Assembly (NCBI GenBank): GCA_964369175.1
Contig: CAYJEM010000013.1
Location: forward strand, 1 to 38,250
Reading direction: 5' to 3'
Source: an uncultured Erysipelotrichales bacterium
GTDB taxonomy: Bacteria > Bacillota_I > Bacilli_A > Erysipelotrichales > Coprobacillaceae
Length of the DNA: 38,250 nt
Part shown: in pieces, positions 17,982 through 27,292 of the stretch
Layout: each line of letters starts with the position of its first letter
Numbering within the stretch: position 1 is the first letter of the stretch
Program-made: the position numbers and the translations under genes
Notes under the pieces: model-generated
The model's input: only the letters and a program-made list of their open reading frames with translations
The model's database searches: none
What the model was told of the DNA's origin: nothing

Positions 17982-19403
17982 ATGAAAACATATCTAGATG
18001 TTATTCAAGAACAAGGTACATTTTTACAGGCAACTTGCAATGGAAACAAAACATGTGGACAATGCAAAATAATTATGGAAAAAGTAGTACCGATATATGA
18101 TCAAGAGAAAAGGTTTTTAAGTGATAAAGATATATCTAATAATATACGACTAGCATGTTTTCATGAATATGATAGCAATGTTACGTATCAACTTTTAAAA
18201 ACAAAGTTTGATATTCTAGATAGTCTTAAAGAGGAAAAAAGTAATAATAAAGAACATCATAATCATAAAACTTTGATTATAGATATTGGAACAACTACGA
18301 TTGTAATGAAGTGGGTAGCACTGAATTCAGGAAAAGTTTTAAAAACAAAGTCTTTTAGAAATCCTCAGATTACATACGGTAGTGATGTGGTTTCAAGAAT
18401 TCGTTATAGTATTAATAAGCCATTTGTGTTGCATGATATACTAATTGATAAAATCACGTGTCATCTCGAGGGTGAAACAGATTTTTCTACGATGGTAGTA
18501 TGTGGTAATACAGTGATGCTTAATTTGTTTTTAAATCAAGATATTACCACGTTAGGTGTTGTACCATTTATAATCCCAATTAAGGATATGCAAATAATTA
18601 CATCGCCATCTATTTTTAAGAATGTTAATAGAGAATTTACAGTCATTACCTTCCCGCATATTGATAGCTATGTTGGTGGTGATATTGTTGCCGGTATATA
18701 TGCAACAAATATTGATATGGAAAAGAATAATTGTATGTTAATTGATTTAGGTACAAATGGAGAAATAGTTGTTGGAAATAATAAGACTATCTATACAACA
18801 TCTACTGCAGCCGGCCCAGCTTTTGAGGGTGTTGGCATAAACTGTGGGTGTCCAAGTATTCAAGGTGCAGTAACTAAAGTTTCATATCAAAATGGTAAGG
18901 TGTACTACACAACGATTGGGAACCTTCCACCAATAGGAATATGTGGCAGTGGGCTCGTTAGTATAATAGCGATGGCTAAAAATAATGGGATAATTGATGA
19001 ATTAGGACGTTTTACTAGTAATCAAAAAGAGTTGTTTATAAGTAAAGATGTGTATATTAATCAGTGTGATATTCAAAAATTCATTCTAGCAAAGGCAGCA
19101 ATTCAAGCAGGGATAATGGTACTTTTAGAAAAAGTTGAAAGTGTTGAAAAAATATACATTGCAGGTGGATTGGGAACAAATATTGATATACAAGATTTAA
19201 TTGACTTAAAGATAATACCTAGTAAATATGTTGATTGTGTTGAAAGTGTTGGTAATAGTGCACTTCAAGGTATATATAGTTATTCCTTGAAACAAGACAA
19301 AGGTAGAATCGAAAATATTGTAAAGTTGTCTAAGAGTATTAACTTAGCTACTTTAGATAATTTTGATGATTATCTAATTGAAGGGTTATATATTGATGAT
19401 TAA
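17982..19403 (+). CDS. RACE/RACo-type ATP-dependent reductive activator of corrinoid proteins (N-terminal [2Fe-2S] ferredoxin-like domain plus ASKHA ATPase)
   Basis: The N-terminus has a Cys cluster (CNGNKTCGQCKI...C). The downstream domain has actin-like ATPase phosphate motifs (IDIGTTT, IDLGTNGE, AGGLGTN). Confidence 0.7.
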   Translation: MKTYLDVIQEQGTFLQATCNGNKTCGQCKIIMEKVVPIYDQEKRFLSDKDISNNIRLACFHEYDSNVTYQLLKTKFDILDSLKEEKSNNKEHHNHKTLIIDIGTTTIVMKWVALNSGKVLKTKSFRNPQITYGSDVVSRIRYSINKPFVLHDILIDKITCHLEGETDFSTMVVCGNTVMLNLFLNQDITTLGVVPFIIPIKDMQIITSPSIFKNVNREFTVITFPHIDSYVGGDIVAGIYATNIDMEKNNCMLIDLGTNGEIVVGNNKTIYTTSTAAGPAFEGVGINCGCPSIQGAVTKVSYQNGKVYYTTIGNLPPIGICGSGLVSIIAMAKNNGIIDELGRFTSNQKELFISKDVYINQCDIQKFILAKAAIQAGIMVLLEKVESVEKIYIAGGLGTNIDIQDLIDLKIIPSKYVDCVESVGNSALQGIYSYSLKQDKGRIENIVKLSKSINLATLDNFDDYLIEGLYIDD

Positions 19404-20031
19404 AGTAATATCGTGTGGTGTATTCAAACCGTATATTGAACATTTAGAAATAGATAAATCAATATATCAATTCGTATATCTAGACATACATCAACACAAT
19501 CAACCTAAGCAACTATCAAAAGAATTACAAAGAGAAATTAATAAACCAACTAATGCATCTAACATTATTCTTTTGTATGGGCTATGTGGGGGAGCGCTGC
19601 TTTCAATTACAACGAATAGCATACCTATAACAATTGTCCAAGTCCATGATTGTATGGCTATTCTACTTGGAAGTAAGAAAAAGTATTTTGAGTTAACAAA
19701 AACAAATAAGTCAATTCAATGGACAAGTTATAGCTTAAGACAAAGTAATTACATAAATAATAGTATTGATGAATGGTCAAATCAATATGATGAAGAAACT
19801 GTTGAATATTTAAAAGAGATGTTACTTTTTGAAAATCCTATCTATATCTACTTAGATATAGATAAAGAGAGTAATGTATTACAAGAGTATAGTAAAGTCA
19901 TTGTCGGAAGTAATCAATTTCTAAAAGATATATTATTATTACAAGCAAAAGACATTATTACATTATATCCACGTCATAAGCTAAAACAATCTCTTGATAA
20001 TAAAGTAGTAATTAGCCTACCAATAGAGTAA
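19396..20031 (+). CDS. Hypothetical protein, possibly DUF1638-like (a family often linked to corrinoid methyltransferase operons)
   Basis: Its start overlaps the RACE stop (ATGATTAA), suggesting translational coupling. An alternative TTG start lies at 19378. The family assignment is from memory and is low confidence. Confidence 0.5.
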   Translation: MIKVISCGVFKPYIEHLEIDKSIYQFVYLDIHQHNQPKQLSKELQREINKPTNASNIILLYGLCGGALLSITTNSIPITIVQVHDCMAILLGSKKKYFELTKTNKSIQWTSYSLRQSNYINNSIDEWSNQYDEETVEYLKEMLLFENPIYIYLDIDKESNVLQEYSKVIVGSNQFLKDILLLQAKDIITLYPRHKLKQSLDNKVVISLPIE

Positions 20032-20066
20032 AATCTATTTGTAGGCTTGTTATATATATGACATAA

Positions 20067-20288
20067 ATGAGCAACATGAAACATGAAAAAATGGAGAATA
20101 ATATTATATGTTTTGTAGGTTTATTGATAATGGGTGTAGTATCGTTTGGGATGTATGCAAGTGATTATTATCATGTTAATGATGAAGCTAAGGTACTTAT
20201 TGAAAATGTGAGACCATTAAACAATGATATTTTTATTGATAATAACAGTGATGTCGACATTATTTTTTTCCTGGAGGAAAAGTTATAA
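20067..20288 (+). CDS. Small hypothetical membrane protein
   Basis: 73 aa with one TM helix. No strong RBS. Confidence 0.3.
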   Translation: MSNMKHEKMENNIICFVGLLIMGVVSFGMYASDYYHVNDEAKVLIENVRPLNNDIFIDNNSDVDIIFFLEEKL

Positions 20289-20614
20289 AAAGAGGCATAC
20301 TTGCCGATGTTAACTAATTTAAGTAAGCATGGCGCAAATGTATATATCCTACAGATGCCCTTTAATCTCGTAATTTTTGATCAAAATGATACAAGTAGAA
20401 TTATTTAACAGCATTCAAACATTATTAAGAGGGGATTACGGTTAATATGGAAATTGTGGGATTCAAGATGATGAAGGGAATGCTTCGATTACAAGCATTG
20501 AACAACGAAGTAAGATAACTGAATATCTTGTTGGTTTTATTGAATTAAAATAATTCTATATTTATAAAAAATATGATACTATATAGTATATATATATAAT
20601 AAGGAGAGATAATT

Positions 20615-21298
20615 ATGGCAAACATTTTAAAAAGATTCTCTGACATTATGTCAGCAAATATTAACGCATTACTAGATAAGGCTGAAGACCCGGAAAAAAT
20701 GATTGATGAATATATGAGAGATATTCAAGATGATTTACGTAAAGTAAAAGCAGAAACAGCTGCAGTAATGGCACACGAAAAGCAAGCAATGAGAAAGCTT
20801 AATGAAAATAAACAAGACGTTGAAAAATATCAAAAATATGCTGAAAAAGCATTAATTGCAGGTAATGAAAATGATGCAAAAGCTTTTCTTGCAAAAAAAC
20901 AAGAATTAACAAATAACCAAGCAGGATTACAACAAATTTATGATGCAGCTATGGCTAATGCAAAGCGCATGAAAGATATGCACGATAAATTAGAAAAAGA
21001 TATGTTGAGTTTAAATGAACGAAAACAACAAATTAAAGCAAAAATGTCAGTAGCTAAGGCACAAGAAAAAATAAATAAAATGACTTCAAATACAACAAGT
21101 GGTGCAGATTCTATGGCAGCATTTAATCGCATGGAAGAAAAAGCAAATCGCTTATTAGATGAAGCAGATGCAATGGCAGAACTAAATACAAAAGAAGATT
21201 CAGTTGAAGATTTAACTGCAAAATATGATACTCCAGAAACAAGTGACCCAGCAGTAGACGATGAACTAGCAGCAATGAAAGCAAAGTTAGGATTATAA
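20615..21298 (+). CDS. pspA: PspA/IM30 family protein (phage-shock protein A / LiaH-like)
   Basis: 227 aa coiled-coil. The N-terminus MANILKRFSDIMSANINALLDKAEDPEKMIDEYMRD is typical of PspA. RBS aaggaga. Confidence 0.85.
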   Translation: MANILKRFSDIMSANINALLDKAEDPEKMIDEYMRDIQDDLRKVKAETAAVMAHEKQAMRKLNENKQDVEKYQKYAEKALIAGNENDAKAFLAKKQELTNNQAGLQQIYDAAMANAKRMKDMHDKLEKDMLSLNERKQQIKAKMSVAKAQEKINKMTSNTTSGADSMAAFNRMEEKANRLLDEADAMAELNTKEDSVEDLTAKYDTPETSDPAVDDELAAMKAKLGL

Positions 21299-21299
21299 A

Positions 21300-22355
21300 A
21301 TGACAACCGCATATAAATGTGAAAACTGTGGTGACACAATGTTATTTGATCCTAAAAGTGGAACTTTAAAATGTCCTGCTTGTGATAGCGAAATAACAAT
21401 TGAACATGATGCAAGTAAAGTTGTTGAACATACATTAACATTAGATGCAAAGCGATCAATTAAAGCAACTGAAAAAGAAACCCATACAATGGAATGTACA
21501 GGGTGTGGGGCCAAAATAGAAGTTGATGGTAATTCTACGGCAACTGAATGTCCGTATTGTGGTTCTAAGTTCGTACTTGCTAAAAAACAAGAAGATGCTC
21601 TAATTCCTGATGGATTAGTATCATTTAAAATTGATAGAAATGATGCTAAAAGATTGTTTGGTGAATGGATAAGTAATCGTTTTTGGGCACCTGGTGAATT
21701 AAAAGGGCTGCACCAAAAAGGAAAGATATTAGGTATTTATTTACCGTATTGGACATTTGATGCTGATGCATATACAAAGTATACTGCTAAAGGTGGAATA
21801 AATCGCACGGAAACATACGAAGATGATGAAGGGAATACACATACAAGTACAAAAACTGACTGGTATCCTACAAGGGGTCAAGTATCTAAGTTTATTGATG
21901 ATGAACTGGTGCCGGCAACTGCCGATGTAAGTGCCAATATCTTATCAAAACTTGATACTTTCGATACAACATCGGTAGTATCGTATGCTCCAGAATATTT
22001 GTCTGGTTATAATGCACAGTGTTATTCGATAAATTTAGATGATGCACATGTAGTTGCTAGAGGTAAAATGGATGAACAATTACGCCAATTAGTACGACAA
22101 GATGTACTGCGTAAATATGATGAAGTTGCAGATATTCGTATTGCTCCAGTCTATAGTGATGAAACATATAAGCATATTATGTTACCAATCTACAGTGCTG
22201 CATACCACTATAAGGACAAGGTGTACAATTTACTTATTAATGGACAAACTGGAGAAATTGAAGGTGAATATCCATTAAGTATTATTAAGATTGCAATTGC
22301 AGTTATATTAGCTATTATTTTATGTGCAGTTGCGTATTTTGTTTTTTACAAATAG
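21300..22355 (+). CDS. PspA-associated zinc-ribbon protein with C-terminal TM anchor (B. subtilis YdjG-like)
   Basis: Four CxxC pairs form two zinc ribbons (CENCGD...CPACD and CTGCGA...CPYCGS). There is a C-terminal hydrophobic helix. The start is coupled 1 nt after the pspA stop. Confidence 0.7.
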   Translation: MTTAYKCENCGDTMLFDPKSGTLKCPACDSEITIEHDASKVVEHTLTLDAKRSIKATEKETHTMECTGCGAKIEVDGNSTATECPYCGSKFVLAKKQEDALIPDGLVSFKIDRNDAKRLFGEWISNRFWAPGELKGLHQKGKILGIYLPYWTFDADAYTKYTAKGGINRTETYEDDEGNTHTSTKTDWYPTRGQVSKFIDDELVPATADVSANILSKLDTFDTTSVVSYAPEYLSGYNAQCYSINLDDAHVVARGKMDEQLRQLVRQDVLRKYDEVADIRIAPVYSDETYKHIMLPIYSAAYHYKDKVYNLLINGQTGEIEGEYPLSIIKIAIAVILAIILCAVAYFVFYK

Positions 22356-22370
22356 GATGGAGGTTATAGA

Positions 22371-23345
22371 ATGGGATTATTTTCAAATCAATTAGCTAAT
22401 GTAATTGAATGGAATGAGTTTTACGATGAAATGCTTTTTTGGAAGTGGAGCAATAAAGAAATAAAAAAGGGTAGTAAATTAATTATTCGTCCTGGACAAG
22501 ACGCAATATTTCTATACAATGGAGTTGTTGAAGGCGTTTTTGAAGATGAAGGAAGTTATGAGGTAGATACTCAAATTATTCCTTTTTTATCAACACTAAA
22601 AGGATTTAAATTTGGATTTAATAGTGGGTTACGTGCTGAAGTACTATTTATAAATACAAAAGAAGTATTAGTTAAATGGGGAACAAAGAGTCCAGTTTTA
22701 ATCCCAACACCAACACTACCTGGGGGAATGCCAATTCGTGCATTTGGAACATTCTCTTGTAAGATAGCAGATCATGATGTTTTAATTGAAAAAATTGCTG
22801 GTGTTAAACAACAATACACTGTAAATGATGTAAAGGATCGTATAGTATCTGTTTTAGATCAATTACTTATGAAGTGGATAGCAAAAGAAGGTAAGGATAT
22901 GTTTAACTTACAAATTAATGCTTCAGAAATAGCCAAAGGAATTCAAGAAGACTTAGACTACGAATTACTGTCAATAGGTATCTCGATTACTTCATTTGCT
23001 ATTTCGAACTTTAATTATCCTGAAAATATTCAAAAAATGGCTGAAGAAGTAGCAGCTCAAAGTATGATTGGGGATGTTAATCGTTATCAACAGGTAAATA
23101 TGGCCAATGCAGTTGGTAATGGATCAGGTGCTGGTGAAATGGCAGGACAAATGGCAGGAATGGCTATGGGTATGGCAATGGGGCAACAAATGGTCAACCA
23201 AATGAGTAATCAACAACAACCAATGCAACAACAACCAATGCAACAAGCAGATGTGCCTCAAGGCGTCTTAAAGTTTTGCCCAGAGTGTGGAACTAAAGCC
23301 ACTGGAAGTAAGTTTTGTGGAAATTGTGGATTTAAGCTAATGTAA
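22371..23345 (+). CDS. SPFH/band-7-like protein of the YdjI family (COG4260) with a Q/M-rich linker and C-terminal zinc ribbon
   Basis: The N-terminus (MGLFSNQLANVIEWNEF...IIRPGQDAIFLYNG) matches YdjI. A low-complexity segment MAGQMAGMAMGMAMGQQMVNQ...QQQPMQQQPMQQ precedes CPECG...CGNCG. Confidence 0.8.
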   Translation: MGLFSNQLANVIEWNEFYDEMLFWKWSNKEIKKGSKLIIRPGQDAIFLYNGVVEGVFEDEGSYEVDTQIIPFLSTLKGFKFGFNSGLRAEVLFINTKEVLVKWGTKSPVLIPTPTLPGGMPIRAFGTFSCKIADHDVLIEKIAGVKQQYTVNDVKDRIVSVLDQLLMKWIAKEGKDMFNLQINASEIAKGIQEDLDYELLSIGISITSFAISNFNYPENIQKMAEEVAAQSMIGDVNRYQQVNMANAVGNGSGAGEMAGQMAGMAMGMAMGQQMVNQMSNQQQPMQQQPMQQADVPQGVLKFCPECGTKATGSKFCGNCGFKLM

Positions 23346-23550
23346 TACATCATAGAAGATTATGCAAAGTGCATTCTCTTCTTTTTTTTATTATGTACTT
23401 TATCATATTTATCAGTTGTATAATAAAATAAATATATAAAAACATAGTGATGAAAGCAAAAAAATGAATATCCTACTAAAAAATAGGATATATGTATATT
23501 TTAATATTTAAGTGTGATAATATATATGTATGTATTTTTGGAGGTACAAT

Positions 23551-23988
23551 ATGAATATGTTAGATTTATCAATTATAATATTTGTTATTATAGAGTTTGC
23601 AAATGTATGTATATTATATTTTTTTCCAGATTCTAGAAGAGGTAATGGTGTGGCTGCTTTTCAGTTTTGGGAAGATTCAAAAAAAAATGAAGACGATCAT
23701 CTATTTGCACAATATATGACCAATTGGGTAGCGGGAACAAAACTAATATTTATTTGTTTACTACTTGTTATTTGTATTTTTGGAAGTGAACTTTTAAAGA
23801 TGTTTGCAGTGGGGGCAATGATTTTATCAATTGCTACATATTTTTTTAGATTACATCCAATCATTAGAAAATTAGATCAACATAACCAAATTATACCTAA
23901 AGGATATTCGAATACTTTAAAAAAAATGATTACTTTCTTTGTGGCAATGTTTGCAGGAACACTTATTTATTATATTATTCTACTATAA
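23551..23988 (+). CDS. Hypothetical integral membrane protein (4 TM)
   Basis: Start chosen at the ATG after ggaggt; the track ORF begins 21 nt earlier. No recognisable motif. Confidence 0.45.
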   Translation: MNMLDLSIIIFVIIEFANVCILYFFPDSRRGNGVAAFQFWEDSKKNEDDHLFAQYMTNWVAGTKLIFICLLLVICIFGSELLKMFAVGAMILSIATYFFRLHPIIRKLDQHNQIIPKGYSNTLKKMITFFVAMFAGTLIYYIILL

Positions 23989-24010
23989 AAGCTAGGGTTA
24001 CCTAGCTTTT
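23989..24010. terminator. Bidirectional rho-independent terminator shared by convergent genes
   Basis: Perfect 9-bp stem aaagctagg/cctagcttt around loop gtta, flanked by A/T runs on both strands. Confidence 0.6.
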
Positions 24011-24013
24011 ATC

Positions 24014-25099
24014 TTACCATTGCTTATATAATTCAATAATTTGTGATTCATTTATGTTAAAAATATTATTAGTAATATTTTTTGTTTTAAAGGCTTTAGA
24101 GGCATATTGCATAATTTCAGTATCAGATAAACTAATTGCTTCAAAAAATTGTTTAGTGATGCTTGTGTACTCATCAAGAGATGTAATAACCATAGCATTT
24201 AAAATATCATTGACAATCTCCATGTGAGTGCTGCTTGCTAGTTGCAAGTACGCAGGCATTAGTATTGCATTTGCATAGCCGTGATCAATGCCTTTATAAT
24301 ATGTTAAATTATATCCCATTGCATGTACTACAGTTGTTCCGGTTTGGCTAATAACCATTCCAGCAAGCGATGAAGCATATAGTAAGCGATTATGAGTAGT
24401 GTTTGAAAGTGAATTTGTTTGTATGTTTTTAATTTCTTCAAAAATGATTTTTATACTCTCTAGTGCAAGTCTATTACTTAAGTCATTTGCTTTACATGAA
24501 AACATTCCTTCAATAGCATGGCTTAGTGCATCAAATACAGTATTAATATACACTTGTTTAGGTAAAGCGCGCATATATTTTCCATCAAGCATTGCAAGTT
24601 TTGGGAAGATATACTTAGTAGCAATTGATAGCTTTGTTTCTAAAATATCATTAGTAATAATAGCATATGGCGTTACTTCTGAACCAGTACCAGCAGTTGT
24701 AGGAATACAAATAATAGGTAGGACATCACTACTGTAATTACCATCAAACAATGTATCAATAGATTTTGCTTGCATGGCTTGCAAGGCAATTGCTTTGCAA
24801 GCATCCATCGGCGAACCACCACCTATGCCAATTACAAAATCAACATGGTGTTCCCTTGCAATAATTGCACCGTTATTGATTGTGTTAATTGATGGGTTTG
24901 GTTCAATTTTATCATATGTAATATAATTAATATTCTCTTTTTTCAATGCTTCAACAATATCATCATAAGCACCATTTTTATATGCAGAAGAATTCCCGCA
25001 TACAATCATAGCTTTCTTACCGTAAGTTGATAGTAGGTGGCTATTATTAATAATGCAGTTATCCTCTTGAATTATTTCTGTAGGCATAAAGTATTTCAT
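24014..25099 (-). CDS. Iron-containing (group III) alcohol dehydrogenase family protein
   Basis: The GGGSPMDACKAIA glycine-rich NAD motif and metal-binding His/Asp blocks are present. RBS aaggag. Confidence 0.85.
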   Translation of the reverse strand: MKYFMPTEIIQEDNCIINNSHLLSTYGKKAMIVCGNSSAYKNGAYDDIVEALKKENINYITYDKIEPNPSINTINNGAIIAREHHVDFVIGIGGGSPMDACKAIALQAMQAKSIDTLFDGNYSSDVLPIICIPTTAGTGSEVTPYAIITNDILETKLSIATKYIFPKLAMLDGKYMRALPKQVYINTVFDALSHAIEGMFSCKANDLSNRLALESIKIIFEEIKNIQTNSLSNTTHNRLLYASSLAGMVISQTGTTVVHAMGYNLTYYKGIDHGYANAILMPAYLQLASSTHMEIVNDILNAMVITSLDEYTSITKQFFEAISLSDTEIMQYASKAFKTKNITNNIFNINESQIIELYKQW

Positions 25100-25224
25100 G
25101 ATTATTCTCCTTATATTTAGGGATTATAGCATATAAAAGTAATAGATACAAAATTTATATTGTACGCATTGATTTGTAATGATATAGTTATAACGAATAA
25201 TTAGAAGCATATGGAGGTAGGATA

Positions 25225-26430
25225 ATGCAAGATAGAAAATATCCATCAGTAACAATATCTGATGAGGGTAGAAAATTTTTAGATAATGGGCAAATGTGGA
25301 TGTATCGAAATAATGTTGTAAACTTAGATGAAACAATAGAAAACGGTGCTGTTGTTGATATTGTATCAACAAATGGAGACTATTTGGGGACTGGTTTTTT
25401 ATCAACTGTTAGCCATATAACGGTGCGTATCATGTCTAAAAATAAAGATGATATTTTTGATAGAAAGTTTTTTAAAGATAGAATTCAATTTGCATATGCA
25501 TATCGTAAAACACTAGAAGCGGATAATATTGATAATTGTCGTATTATTTTTGGTGAAGCTGATATGCTGCCTGGACTAGTTGTAGATCGTTATAATGATA
25601 TTCTTGTAAGTCAAATTAGCACATATGGCTTAGAACAGAGAAAAGATATGATCTATGAAGTATTATTAGAAGTGTTTCACGATGATATGCAGGATGTTAA
25701 GGGTATTTATGAGCGAAATGATGTTAAAATCAGAGCTAAAGAAGGTCTTGCATTAGAAAAGGGATACTGGAAAAATGCTAATTTGCCTACAACTACAATC
25801 ATTAATGAAAATGGTATTAAATTACATGTGGATGTCGAAAATGGGCAGAAAACAGGATATTTTCTAGATCAAAAAGCCAACCGAGTATTACTTAGAAATA
25901 TGTCTAAAGGAAAAAAAGTATTAGATTGTTTTAGTCACACTGGTGGTTTTGCGTTAAATGCAGCATATGGAAATGCTCGTGCAGTCCATGCTGTTGATGT
26001 TTCACAAACAGCGTTAGATCAAGGGTACCGTAATGCTAAGCTAAATAATATTCAAAAAAGAATGTCTTTTATTAAAGATGATGTATTTGCATATTTAGAT
26101 AAATGTAAGCATGGACAATATGATATTATTGTATTAGATCCACCGGCATTCACAAAATCCCGTAGAACGATTCAAAATGCATATAATGGCTATAAAAACA
26201 TTAATACGAAAGCCATGAAACTTCTTGAAAGAGGTGGATATCTAATAACGTGTAGTTGCTCTAGATATATGGAAACAGATAATTTTGAAGCAATGCTTAG
26301 AGAATCTGCAAAAGAGGCGGGGGTTACATTAAAACAAGTATCAATAACGCAACAAAATCAAGATCATCCAATTTTATGGACAATGGAAGAAACATCATAT
26401 TTAAAATTTTATATTTTTCAAATAGTATAA
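25225..26430 (+). CDS. rlmI: Class I SAM-dependent rRNA methyltransferase with N-terminal PUA domain (RlmI/YwbD-like, 23S rRNA m5C)
   Basis: 401 aa with PUA-like N-terminus, DCFSHTGGFAL (motif I) and LDPPAF (motif IV, DPPxF). Confidence 0.75.
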   Translation: MQDRKYPSVTISDEGRKFLDNGQMWMYRNNVVNLDETIENGAVVDIVSTNGDYLGTGFLSTVSHITVRIMSKNKDDIFDRKFFKDRIQFAYAYRKTLEADNIDNCRIIFGEADMLPGLVVDRYNDILVSQISTYGLEQRKDMIYEVLLEVFHDDMQDVKGIYERNDVKIRAKEGLALEKGYWKNANLPTTTIINENGIKLHVDVENGQKTGYFLDQKANRVLLRNMSKGKKVLDCFSHTGGFALNAAYGNARAVHAVDVSQTALDQGYRNAKLNNIQKRMSFIKDDVFAYLDKCKHGQYDIIVLDPPAFTKSRRTIQNAYNGYKNINTKAMKLLERGGYLITCSCSRYMETDNFEAMLRESAKEAGVTLKQVSITQQNQDHPILWTMEETSYLKFYIFQIV

Positions 26431-26452
26431 AAATAACACTTCGTATGAAGTG

Positions 26453-26830
26453 TTACTTTTTTTCTAATATGATTTGTGTACCATTAATATCAATAATTAG
26501 TTGGTGTTCATTAGTAGTAAATAATTGAGCTGTACCATCAACGACTACTTCGATTCCTGTATCAACAGTTTTCCATGTACCCTCTACCTCTTGGCTTGTT
26601 CCGGTAGTGTCAATAACTTTTGCGCTACCATCTTCATTTAAAATCAGATCAATACCTGGGATACTTGATGTATCAAGTCCGGCACTTTGGGCTAGTTCAC
26701 GGTAACTTTGTCCTTGCGATACAAAGTCAACAGTTTTCCACTCTCCAGTATATTCTGTAGAAGTTGAAGTACATGCTGTTGCAACAAAGATAATCATTGC
26801 TACTGCCATTATTTTAATAAGTTTTTTCAT
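26453..26830 (-). CDS. Small secreted lipoprotein (paralog of the next gene)
   Basis: Start chosen at MKKLIKIMAV after aaggag. Lipobox VATAC. Shares the YxGxW and EGTWxxxDTG motifs with its neighbour. Confidence 0.65.
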   Translation of the reverse strand: MKKLIKIMAVAMIIFVATACTSTSTEYTGEWKTVDFVSQGQSYRELAQSAGLDTSSIPGIDLILNEDGSAKVIDTTGTSQEVEGTWKTVDTGIEVVVDGTAQLFTTNEHQLIIDINGTQIILEKK

Positions 26831-26885
26831 AGCTATCTCCTTCTTTAGTATAATACCATATATTAAATTCATTATTCAATACAAA

Positions 26886-26913
26886 AAAACTGACTGTACG
26901 GACAATCAGTTTT
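26886..26913 (-). terminator. Rho-independent terminator for the upstream lipoprotein gene (minus strand)
   Basis: Hairpin aactgattgtccgtacagtcagtt followed by TTTTTTT on the minus strand. Confidence 0.55.
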
Positions 26914-26920
26914 CGTAGAA

Positions 26921-27292
26921 TTATTGTTTTTTAAGTTCTACAGTGTAAGTCTCAACTGTGAAAGTTAAAGTACCATCTTTATGTTCCATTGTAATTGTTC
27001 CAGAAGCATCTTTAATTTCTAATCCAGTATCAGTTGGAGCCCAAGTTCCTTCTCCACCAGTACTTAAGCTTGAAGTGAAGACAACTTTACCATCTTCTTG
27101 GAAGTCAAATACGAATGCGTCAGCTGGAATTTCAACTCCTGCATCTTTAGCGTTTACACCATCTGCGATAAAGTTAGCTGTATCCCATTTCCCTACATAC
27201 ATGTCTTTAGCTTCTTGGCTAATTGAGCTACCACATCCAGCTAATGTGAAAGTGATAAATAGTGCGATTGCACATTGTAATAATTTTTTCAT
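26921..27292 (-). CDS. Small secreted lipoprotein (paralog of 26453-26830)
   Basis: Signal peptide with lipobox LAGC. YVGKWDTANF and GGEGTWAPTDTGLEI motifs parallel its neighbour. Confidence 0.65.
   Translation of the reverse strand: MKKLLQCAIALFITFTLAGCGSSISQEAKDMYVGKWDTANFIADGVNAKDAGVEIPADAFVFDFQEDGKVVFTSSLSTGGEGTWAPTDTGLEIKDASGTITMEHKDGTLTFTVETYTVELKKQ

Noticed and set aside
20938-21514. Minus-strand ORFs (133 and 73 aa) opposite pspA and the ydjG-like gene
   Set aside because: They are antisense to clear coding regions, Ser/Ala-rich, and have no SD.
23209-23238. 15-nt exact tandem duplication
   Set aside because: It is an in-frame coding repeat within the YdjI-like Q/M-rich linker, not an independent repeat element. 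It is mentioned under the PspA-module finding instead.
24399-24737. 112-aa +strand ORF inside the Fe-ADH gene
   Set aside because: It is antisense to a confidently assigned gene.
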